Shown: positions 45,001-57,000 of the stretch, piece by piece
How positions within the stretch are numbered: position 1 is the first letter of the stretch
Layout: the number at the start of each line of letters is the position of its first letter
IMG/VR virus record: IMGVR_UViG_3300033072_000728
Location: 8,554 to 72,553 of that record
Length of the DNA: 64,000 nucleotides
Source: a virus
Lineage: Duplodnaviria > Caudoviricetes
Strand: one strand, 5' to 3'
Made by a program: the position numbers and the translations under genes
The notes under the pieces: generated by a model
Databases searched by the model: none
What the model saw: only the letters and a program-made list of their open reading frames with translations
What the model was told of the DNA's origin: nothing

Positions 45001-48000
45001 GTTACCAAGTATCCCTCAAATCCACCCACAATCGAAATCCATTCAATGGTTTTCAATGAAGGTTCAATCCAGTTTGCGTCAAGTTCAAATGCAACTTGCC
45101 AAGCATCATTTTCATATTCACTGATATTAGAACCAATTACAAAGCGTTTCCCATTGTGTTCAAACACTTGAGTGATATTAGAACAAGTTGAATTTTCAGG
45201 CCTGTCCCATGATCCTTCAGTGGTAGGCATAACTGAAGAAAGTAATTCGGAATCAGCAGTAATTGATGATACCAACCATCCTTCAGTAGATTTACAAATA
45301 CTGGTTACACCAATATCAACTGAATCTGAAAGATCAATTGTTTTTGTCCAAGATACTTGTGGGATGGTTGAAACTAATAGCTGAGACTGTGAACCGTTAT
45401 TTGCAATCACAAAAAGTCGATTAGAAGAACTGTCATACTCACAATCTACCAAGTTTGTCTCAATCTGATCAAACTTGAAACTTTGGACTTTAATATCTAA
45501 ACCAAGATCACTTGCAAATGGATTGCCAAGATAGGTTGGTTTTGAATAACTAACACCCTTCATTAACTGTGACAAATCGTTTCCTGCCATTCCTGGTGTT
45601 GGTGCATAGTACGCAAAGATTCGATCAGTTGCATTTAGTCCAGCACTTCCACCAGTAATAGCTTCCCAATTATCGTAGTCGAAAATTGCATCATTGTTAC
45701 TTGTCAAACACTTATACAACTTACCTTCATATGTGACTAAACTCTGAGAATAATTGGTAAACTCTCCGACATATCCTAGTACATCTGAACTGACCAATGA
45801 ATACTCGAAATCAGAAACTACCCCCGCATTTGAAGGATATTTGAATAACTCAATTTCAGTGTCAGAGATAACACTAACATAGTACGAAGAAACTTTGTTA
45901 TTACAAAAACCAGTTGCGGTAAATGCTCCGATTCTACCCCCAGAAAAAGTGTATTCTACTTTAATTTGAATATCATTCTCTGGTGAAATGCCACCAACAT
46001 CAGTGCCTAGAATAGTTAGGATTTGCCCAGCACGATAACCAGAACCTGCTTGTTCAACACCACTTGAATCAAACGCGAGTTCAACCGCATATTGTTGTTT
46101 CACTTGGTTAGATTCAAAAACAGGGGTGTAAACATTGAATTCTGCGCCTGAACCAAAGGCTGTAACTTGATGAGTAACATTCTCAAAAGATTCAGGTAAT
46201 TGATAGAAATAGATTTTCTCGTTATCAATTTCAGCGGGGTTTAATCCACCATTATATTCCACTGTCAGTTTAGTGGTTTGGGTTGAAGTTGTTGGTTGTG
46301 TTACCCCTGTTACAGAAATATGCCCCGCAGTAGTTGAGTTCTTTGCAAACCCACTCACACGAAGACTTACTTTTCCTGAACCATTGATACTCATTCCTGA
46401 TACTGCACCAGTGCCTGAAACAACGCTTGAAATAACCAAAGTTGCATCGTTGTCAGGTGCCAAACCACCCAAATCAGTGCCCAAAATAGTAAACGTATCA
46501 CCTTCACTATATCCATTGCCACCTGACCATGCAGAATCTAACAAATATGTGTTAGCTGGTGGAACATTTCTATCATACCGAGTAACATTTACCACAGCCC
46601 CTGAACCTGTACCAATAATGTTTGTTGGTACAATCGCAGAATAATCAACTGTTTCTGAAGTTCCAATCTTTGCTGGAATACCCGTATAAGAATATGCTAG
46701 TATTGAACCTGAACTTGTTTCAGAATCAATGACCGTTATATCATCAATTGAAATAACAACATCATTGATAACATTAGCCCCACCCAAAACTGAACCAGAA
46801 ACTAATAACCGATCACCAATTTTATAACCAGTTCCTGAATTTGAAACTGTTACCACATAGTTTTCAGTATTGACTCCACCATATTCGGTCGCATATACTT
46901 TAATTTGTAATCCAGAACCAGATGTTGGGGCATTTGGGTACAATGTGGGTTGGTCAAAAATAACTGAAGAAAATAAAGAACTTGATGAGCTTGCCATTGT
47001 TCCTAGTTTCTTCAACGTATTTTCTAATGAGCCAGCATAATATGCACCCGATTCCCATTTACTAACTTTTGATGTGAAACTGGTTCTATCAAACCGTAAC
47101 GTGGTTGCAAGTTTACGAACATTGTCAGCCTTACCTGAACAAATTGCAAAAGCACCTTGACTTAGAGTAAACCCGTTTGTCCCTGAAACGGAAATGAAAT
47201 CAATTCGATGAATATCATTTTTGGCATCTTGTTCCCAAACATAAAGTGCAACGTCTTGGGTGTAAGTGGAATCATTCAAAGAGGATGAAACCACACCCAA
47301 CCAATAATGCTGTCCAGAAACTAGACCATTTATTGAAGATAACCCGTTTGTAGTATATTTGATTAAATCACCTGTTTCAAACGGGGTTGCAGTAAACACT
47401 CGAATGGTTTTTGCTGAAAGATTTACATAACCAGAAGTAAATGAAACACTGAATGCTGGATCGATATTGACAACAGGCAATGAACGAATTCCAACACCTT
47501 GTCCAGAAACTGTGATACCAACGACTCCACCATTTGCCAAATATGCTTTGCAATAATATGGCTTAGATGGTTGAATTGTTTGCGAAGGATATGACAGTTT
47601 AACCTTTGGGGTTGAAGTATATCCTCTGCCTGAATTCATGACCATGATTGCTGGCATTGAGAAAAGAATTTCAGAATTTGCAGCATGGGATGTTATGTTT
47701 GTATCATTTGCACCACGGCTTAATCCATAAACAATACCATTAACACGATCAACAGATGTGTAAGTTATTTGTTCAGAATCAATTAGAAGTGTTCCAGATA
47801 CAGGTAATCCATTTGCGTTATCAACGTATAACTCAGTATCTTTGGTTCCGATGTATTTGACCAAGAATGAGATTGATTGCCAGCCTAGATTCTTCAATTT
47901 CAAATCATAATTTTCACTCCAATTTGTGTATTCAAAATTGCCCCACATAGAATCGGTATACATTTTTTGAGTATACGGATCACTAATATCAGACTCACTG

Positions 48001-51000
48001 AAAACAATCTGGGGTGAAATATAACTTTGTGTTTCGTCATTAAACTGAGCTGGAATATCAAAATCAGTGGTGGTAGATTGATAAACCACATTTCCAGAAT
48101 ACTTGAACTCAAAGTCTTTGATAACACAGTGGTATGGTTTAACTTCGTTGATATAACCTTCTAAGAAAGTTTGGTTATCTTTCTGATACTTTGGAAGTTT
48201 TTCCAAAGAACCAGCAGAATATACCACATCGATTAAACTTGTCTTGAATAACCAAGGAATGTAGTTTCCTAGTTCTTTGGCTTCACTGTTTGCATAATTG
48301 AATATAACTTGAAGTAGATTATTTCTTTCAAATTCAAGATCATCTGTCAGAATTTCTTCAATAAGACTTCGGACAATATATCGAGTTTCTTCCCCAGGGA
48401 ATGAGTCAAATGCATCACCAAACACATCAGAGCCATACCCAGATTTTGAATATAGTGATTCATTGATTTTGAATGTTCCGTTTGTTAGACCAATTCTCTC
48501 CCACGAATCATTTTCGTACAACCAATACTCGGATTGCCCTTCACTGTTTTGTAATACCTTGGCAATCATTCCATCAAACTTGTTTTTAACCTTTGCTAGA
48601 TTTTCAAACCGTTTAACTTGAACATTGGTTTTGGTAGTTTGTGAATAACCAGTTTGCCACCAATCAGTATATGTCCAATAATCTGTAGTATTGAATGAAA
48701 CTGAAGCATCGCCTGTATCATCATTGGTGATTGTTTCACCTTGTTTGAATAACAATGTTGGGTTTCTTGTTTCAACCAATGGATATTGTACCATTACGTT
48801 GTTTGCAAATTCAATGATGTTTGCAAGTGCTGCATTGCGATCAATGAACATGCTTTGACGTGGGCGGAAACTTACCCCATATTGTTGCTTGCGTGGCAAA
48901 TATGAGTCTGGGACTAGATTTCCAACGGAGTCAATACCACTGATACTGTCAATGAATTTCAGATATAACCCTGAAAGAGTTTCCGACACTTTAGCTGGAA
49001 TTCCATCAAAGAACTCTGACATAGAGTCATCATTTGAAGTCTTGATGATTTTGTATTCATCAAACTTCTGAGAATCAGTGTTTGACTTGAAATTAACTCT
49101 TATGGTTACTGAATCAGTATTGAATAATCCCGCCAAGTTATACACTGCAAAAGAATGTTCATTCAAGAAAGCAATGAATGGAATACCTGACTTAACAGGA
49201 TTAGAAATATACTCAGAAACAACAGAATCACTCAGGGAATGGTTAAAATCAATTGAGTTATTATTTTCAACCCAGAAGTAATAATACTGTGTAGAGTTGC
49301 CCACTTTGTTACCAATAACGTAATTGGATGCAGGTTTACCTTGTCCAACATATTGATCGGGTGGAGTTAAACTCTTAACCCAAGTTGAAACCTTTACGTT
49401 TGAATTGGGAACCGTGGTGCCCCATTGTTCACTTGCAAATTTCAAATCGGGCGAATAGTAATTGACATAACGGAGTTTCGACGTATCAACCCATATTTGA
49501 CCAACTTGGTTATCGCCCCAGATAATGCTTGAATTATCATAACCAGCGGGATCAAAGTCGCACATATAATCAATGTTAGACTTTACTTGACTTAATAACA
49601 GCCCTGCCACTGGATCAAAAACATCAAGTTCAGTAATAACTTCAGAGGTTTCTGGGTTTACTAATTCCACGCTACTGATATTTGAGTAATCAATTTGCTT
49701 GGTTTCTTGTTGAATTGTAGTCCAACCTGTCAAACCTTCTGACTTGAATTGACATAGTAAACCATTTCCGTTTGATGTAGAAACATTCTTAACACCGACT
49801 AGAATTTGATCTTTGGTTGCACTTGACGTATTCCCAAATTTTGAATCTGATTTAGTGATACTAGAATCGTACAGTGCTTGAGAAAACTGATACCAATCCG
49901 AATCTACTTTGTCATAAACAAATACTTGTCCAATGTTCTTTACTTGGTCAATGAATGTGGTTGCATTTTGATCAAATACACAGTCGTTGAATTCAAGATC
50001 ATCGACCCAATCAAATTCAACTGGTTTTAATGCGGTTGAATTGGGGGCAGATACCACAATAGAATTCCCAACATCAATGATATTAAAACCAAACCCTGTA
50101 TCAAGATCGTATGGGATAGGGTTCTTTAGAGTTTGATACAATTGATATTGGTCATACTCAAGATATTTGTCTTCCACATTGGCAGCAAACATTTTAACAC
50201 TTAGGGTTGAACCAGAACTTGAAATGGTTACTGTGCTTGAATCTTTGACCAAAGCTGTAATGTGTTGAATATATGCTTGGTTAATCAGTAAAGCTAGTTG
50301 CGCAGCAGACACGTTTGATGGCACCTGAACCACAACATTGTTGATTACAACATTGAAAGCGTCATTTCCAGAGACGATAACAACATCCAAAATTTTGTTT
50401 GTTCGTGCCACGTCAATGTAGCGTTGAACTTCACCTGAAGTAGTGGCGTCAATTGGCTTTCCAGGTGCTCCAATAAACAAATCAGTAGAAGCAGCACCTA
50501 AACAAACACTTTGACCAAAACGCTGGCCCACTGTGCTTTCATTCGTTGAAACAATGGTTTGCGCAAGACTAATCTTCCCACCAATCACTTCAATTTGATC
50601 ACCAACCACGGTATTTTCAACAACTAATTGATCAGAAGAAATAATTGAAAACTGTGATTTTTTCAGTTCAACGCCATTCAAATATACAAGTGGAATTGCA
50701 CTAGGAGTCCAACCAATACTAGCTTGGAATTTACCCGATGATTTCACATTGAATAGGCGACGGATATTAGAATAGACAAATACCTTACCAACATTTGAAT
50801 GGAATGAATCTTGATCCCATTTACTTGCGCCAACGATAATGTCTTCACCGTTGTTTGAAATATCCACTACTTCACCAAAACCTTGAATGGTATTGGAAAT
50901 TGTAGATTGAATAGTGTAGTCAGTCTCTGCAACATAGATTTCACCAAGGTTGACAAAATCTCGTTCTAATTGGTCAAGCAATCTAACAGTGGTAACTCCA

Positions 51001-54000
51001 CTAGCAAATGAACTTGAAACCACTGGATAAGTTTTTGAACCTTCGTCTGCTGAGAAAGAAACCAATACCCCAGCGTTAATTTGCGACGTTACATCACCCA
51101 CTAACTTCAGTTGTTTGTTTCCAGGTTTAGGAGAAACACTGAAAGAGGTCGAAACTAGAGATCGGGTGAAGTCTTGATACTTGCTCAGAACAACAACTTT
51201 ACCTTCAGCTTCACATCCAATCACTAACCATTTCTCATCATCGGAAATTGCAATCGATGATGGGGTGTATGTTAATTGAATGGTTTGGGTTTTTTCAGGA
51301 ATTACAATTTGTGCGCTTGGGTGAATATGATAGACATAAACCCGTTTGTTTGTTGGATCGGTGACAAATAGTGTTCCAGATTCAGTGATTAATAGATTTG
51401 ATCCGAATGAATTAACTAATCCCGTTAACTTTGAAACATACAACCCGTTTGCAGTATAACGATATACTTGACCGAGCGAAACATCACTTACGAAAATAGA
51501 AGTAGAATTATGGGTTACTGCACTTGCAAAGTTTTCAGAGTTCTTAACAGTTGGAACATAAGAAACATTCTCAGTATCATAACGGTTTTGTTTTTCTACT
51601 ACTTTCTGTGGTTCACCGAACCTATCAATCCAGATTCTTGCTTTTTGTAAGAAGTTCGGATTAAGTGTCAAGTCTTTAACTTGTGATGTGTACTTCACCG
51701 ATTCAAGTTTCATACACACAAGATTCAAGTTTTGAACTGTGGTATTAGAACTAATTGGTTTAAGAGCCTTTAGTTTTACTTGAAGTCCAGAAGTGCGAAC
51801 AACTTGAAACACATTAGAAGTAACTTCAGGGATATTTGCATCCTGTGTAACATCTGCCAATAATACAAAATCACCTTTACTAAGGGTTGACTGATATGAA
51901 ACATTAAACAGAATGGTTACTTCGTTGGTTGCCTTGTTGGCGCTCAACTGGTTAACTGCAATATCACCTTCAATATCTTGATTGACGTTTGAAATTGCAA
52001 CAGGAACAAATACATCCCATTCTTGTGCTGCATCAAAACGCTGTGCAACCCAGATGTATTCATATTGGTAAACTTTCGACCAATCAAAATTATCAGTCAA
52101 CGAGTATAGTTTATGAGCAATACTATCAAAATCAGTAACAAGTCCAGAGTGTTTTAACACTTCTGTTTTTGTTTCTTTTGTCTTGAATTGATTTGGTGAA
52201 GTAATCAGTAAATCTCGACAGTTGATATTCAAGTCAGCCGCATCTTCTGGAAACTTGTTGAACAAACTAACAACAATGGGTGAATGAGTGAACAATGATT
52301 TGTCAAGACTGAATTCTAATTCAGAAACTTGATCACATGCTCCAAACTCGGCTTGTTTAATAGCCCAATTTTCATTCATGCTGTAATCAATTTGACCCCG
52401 TAGAAGTTTTGTATTCTTGAACAGATCAATCGCATTTGATGTGCCTTTTGATGCAATCATATTCTTGAAAACATTAACTTGAGTAATATCGTCAAGATCG
52501 GCACTTGCCATATAATCACGCGGAACATAACCAATCAAATTGAAGGCTAGTTTGTCACTGGAGTTTTCTAGGTTGGTTCGATCAGAATCATAATACCGTA
52601 AACTTTCAATTGATCGAGTGGTAGAGTTTGCTAGCAGTCCTTTCTGAATATCACCGTACTCTGTGCGAGTCCATTTTCTAAAATCAAACTCAGATGATGG
52701 ATAGATGATTTCATTAGCAGTCCAATAGTTTGATTGGTACTTAACAATCGACCCAGCACCATACTGAACATTTTGATCCCATTCAGAAACATTATCTTGA
52801 TTCAAAATGAACCCAGATGTATCTAACCAACCACTCCATTCTGCTGTTTTGGTGATCGAAGCAATCAGTTTTTGTTGTCTTACACCATTTTCATTTTTAT
52901 TGATTATGTCGCCAAAATCTGTTTCATTGTCAAAAACAACCGCATGTTCAATAGAACTCAGTTCAAATTTGGCAAAAGAAATAACGTCAGTTGGGTTTAG
53001 TGGTTCAACTTGGAATTTGTGATTATCACGATGGACACACAAATCTTTAACGGCAATCGGCAATGCATTTTGATTCAATACAAAATTCTTGCCAATAATT
53101 TGCATGGGTTGAACAATCAATGATGGATGTTCAATCGTGAATCTATTAGCACATGGATTTAATTGAATAACTGCGCCAGATGCCCAATTAGTTTGTGACC
53201 AAATCATGAATTCATTGATCATGGTTTTCCAGGTAATCTGGTTTCCATTTTCAATAGAATCAAAAACAACCCCACTTGCTTCTAATAATCGACCATAGTT
53301 GATTAGGAATTCACACACTGATTCAACCGAACCGAACTCAGTTCCGTAAGCAATGCTTTGGATTTTATCAGTGGTGAAATTCTGTGAGATTTTAATGGTT
53401 TGATCATTATTGGTTATGAACTCGTAGAATCCATTATCAAACCCTGTTGCAGTTTTGAAACTTGCTTCATACTGGCTATTTCCCCAAACTTTGAAACCTG
53501 AAGCAGTGCGTTGAACAATCACTGAGCTATAAGTTATGGTTTGTTGAACTGGATTGTTATAGAGAATCAAAGAATAGTTTTCATCTGGAATTAACAACGA
53601 TGAGCCACTATTATTCAAGCTAGATTTCTCTACCCAAAATTTCAGCATTGATTTATCGCTGAACCCTGCCAGTTTGTGGCTTAACCGAACATCCAAATTG
53701 TCAACAATATCTTTGAATGTAGTGGTTGTGTCAATGCCGTATTGTTTTGCATAATCAATTAACCAACAAATAAACCCACGTTGAGGTTCACCAGTTGCAC
53801 CATATTTGATGGTTTGTTGGTTTGACAATTCACGAAGTTGTGAGTGTGAGAAAACCCATTGCCCAACTTCAACTGAATCAAAGTGATAGGCGTCAACATC
53901 AAACGCATACGCAAAGAACTTGGCTGGACGAAGTTTAACCATGATTTTTGCAAGGTCAAACTTGAAGCTAGAACTATTCAGATATGCATATTCTGCTGGC

Positions 54001-57000
54001 CCAAAATCACCAATTTCCCATTGTTTCTGAGTTTTGTTAATGTCATACCGCATAATGACGCATTCAATAGGACTCAGTAATGCACCTGTATTAGAAACAG
54101 GAATAATAGAACTTAATCCAGGGCGTGCATAGATTGTGCGAGTTGTAGGAGAACCATTGTTGTAATCATACCCATTTTCCAAATCAGTCCAAAGTAGATC
54201 ATTGGTGCGAGTATATGGCGCAACACCATAACGCTCATCAAACCACGTAGGTTTGTCAAGATAACCTAACATTCTCCAAGGAGTTTCTGCTGGGTTAATA
54301 CAGTCGTAATACCAAAGATAGATTCCTTTCCAGTTACCTTGGTTAATGGTGTTTCCAAACTTGTCAACACTGTTTCTATAATTCCAAGTAAACGGATTGG
54401 TTTTGCTGTAGTATTGTGTTTGAAAATCAATACGATACTTGCCAGCCCAATTTACAAAATGGTTTTTATATTCTTGGAAAAAGGTTTGACGAATTGAATC
54501 ATTCGTTCTGAAATATCCTGGCATGAGTTCGCTAAGTTTTGACAATACTGGTGTTTTTGTAGTTTGAATTTGATTGAATACTCGTTTTTCAAACTCAAAT
54601 AAACATTCATCACGAATGTCGGTAAACTCACCATCGATAACATCGCCGTACAGTCTTGATTTTGAACCATCGTGGCCTACCATAACCCAAGTTGGAACAA
54701 GATAGGTTGAATCTTGGAATACTTGTGGCTTAAAGTGTTCAACGATACCAATTTTACTTGGAGTCATTGGAACATAGTTTGCATAAACCTTTGAATACTC
54801 ATTCACTTCAATCACGTCACCCTCTAGTAACTGTTTCGTGATAGTTACAATGGCGGATGCAGGGCTGGTGATATATTCATGGTCTTTTAGTAGTAGAGTT
54901 TTCTCGATGATTCCAGTTTCAGTATTTTCACGATACAAATAAACCAAAACACCTGAATAAGTTTCTCCACTTGAATAACTTACCACTGACTGTAATGGAT
55001 ATTCCACATTGGTTACTTCAGCATTTACTTGATACTGATTTGAAACCACTGGCGTATCACATGCCATCATACTTGACCAAAAGAAAGGACTAGAATCAGA
55101 TTTAACAGAAGTAATTTGACTGAAAATTAGATCAAGTTTTTCATCGGTGTGGGTGGTATTAGAGAAGTCGGAACGGGTTGCAAGGTCGGCAATAATGGCT
55201 TTAATCTTTTCATATTCGACCGAAGAATGTTCAATAGAATCGATGATATTGACTGGAGATGCACGCAAGAATGCACCAGTATTAACCAACGATGCAGCGT
55301 GTTGAATGAATTTTGAACCATACTTCGTTAGATCACCTTTGTTCACAAAATCATTTGAACCAAATACTGAACCAGTTAGCTTCGCATTTTCAAAAATGGT
55401 CTGATAATGCCCCTTCATATCACTCATTGTCAACTCAGAAGGCGCGACATTGAATGCGTTGGTTGAAAGGTTTGATGGGACTTCGTAATAGCTTGATTTT
55501 GACTTAGTGGAAGAAATAAACTTAACCTGAATTAAATCACCCTTTACCAACGGATAGGTTATCGTGGTTCGTTTCTTAGCAGCATTTCTAGTAATGGTAT
55601 ATGAATCTGGTGAAACAAATTCTCCATTCAAGAACAGTTTACACACAGGCCAACCAGAAGCTTCACTTGAAAACACTGCATCAATGTCAAAACTTGCGGT
55701 TTTCTTTAGGACAGTTTTCTCAAATACTTGATATTGGATGGTATCAGCAAAACCATAGCGCCAACCATTATGACGCATTTTGTTTATAATAACGTAACCT
55801 TGACGAACTTGAGTTTCGACTGAATCCAATGAGTCGGAGGGTGTGAAGGTGAATGAGTCACTGTTAAAGGTTGCATTGAAGCAAATTTCACCAATCCCCA
55901 TAATTTCATTGTATTTTAATGGGAATCCTAGTTCAACGTCATTCAAGTTTGATGAGTCGGTGGCGAACTCAAATAAAGTACAACCACGGAAATTATTAGC
56001 AGGATAGTAACTGCTATTAGAAAAACTAATTTTATTGGCGTCAACAACATCAAACAGCGGTGGCTGATTTACGGTGGTTTTTGTTTGAGAATTTTGCCAA
56101 CCATATTGCGATGAATAATAGAAACTTTGTTTCTGTGCAAGTTCACCAAATTTCACCATAAACCCATCACCAGAAACAATTGGAGTAAATGGCTGACTAA
56201 CAGTAATAACTCGTTGCCCTGATTGTGTGGTTTGACTGAAATTTACTTGAAATACTGACAAACGATCAGAGCTGTTAGTGTCAATAGAAGAAATAATTGA
56301 ACAGCCATTGAATACCGAATTATCAGCAGCAAATGGAGTTGAATCATTAACGTCAATATAACATCCTAGAGAGCCATTGAGGTCGGTTTGAAGTGCTAGA
56401 TTTGCTCCAAGTACAAATGTACCAACTTGGGCAAACAACGTGGTCAATGGCGTGGTTGCATCCACCATTTCAACAACAATACTAGAATCAATATGTTTAA
56501 TGGTTACACGATTGTTTATGGTATCTACCGAATTCACCAAATATGGAGTATCAGCTAGTATCGTAGTCCCCGAAGTATCTCCACCAAATTGAATAACATC
56601 ATCAACCAAAATACCAGACACTGAATTCAAGCGAATTGAATCATCACTTGCGCGAGTGCTAATAACATCAAGTGTTTTGACATTGATAACGATTTTGGTG
56701 TCAGATTTAATGAAATAGTCTACGGGTTCACGTCCAACTACTCCATGATCGTAAAGATTGATATTTGCCTTGAATTCAATAATTGGACGTGTGGCACGAT
56801 TAGACAAATCATAGAGAGTTTCTAGTGAAACTTTGCTAGACGTAGCTTTATAGGTTTCTTCTAACACGGAACGATGAAACCAACGATTTGACCGTGACCA
56901 TGCATTTAAGTCATCACTTGCACGATTGATCGTGATGTAATCTTTATCAACAGGTAGAGTTAATGCGCCGTCATAAGGGCTATTATCGTAATACTCAGCA

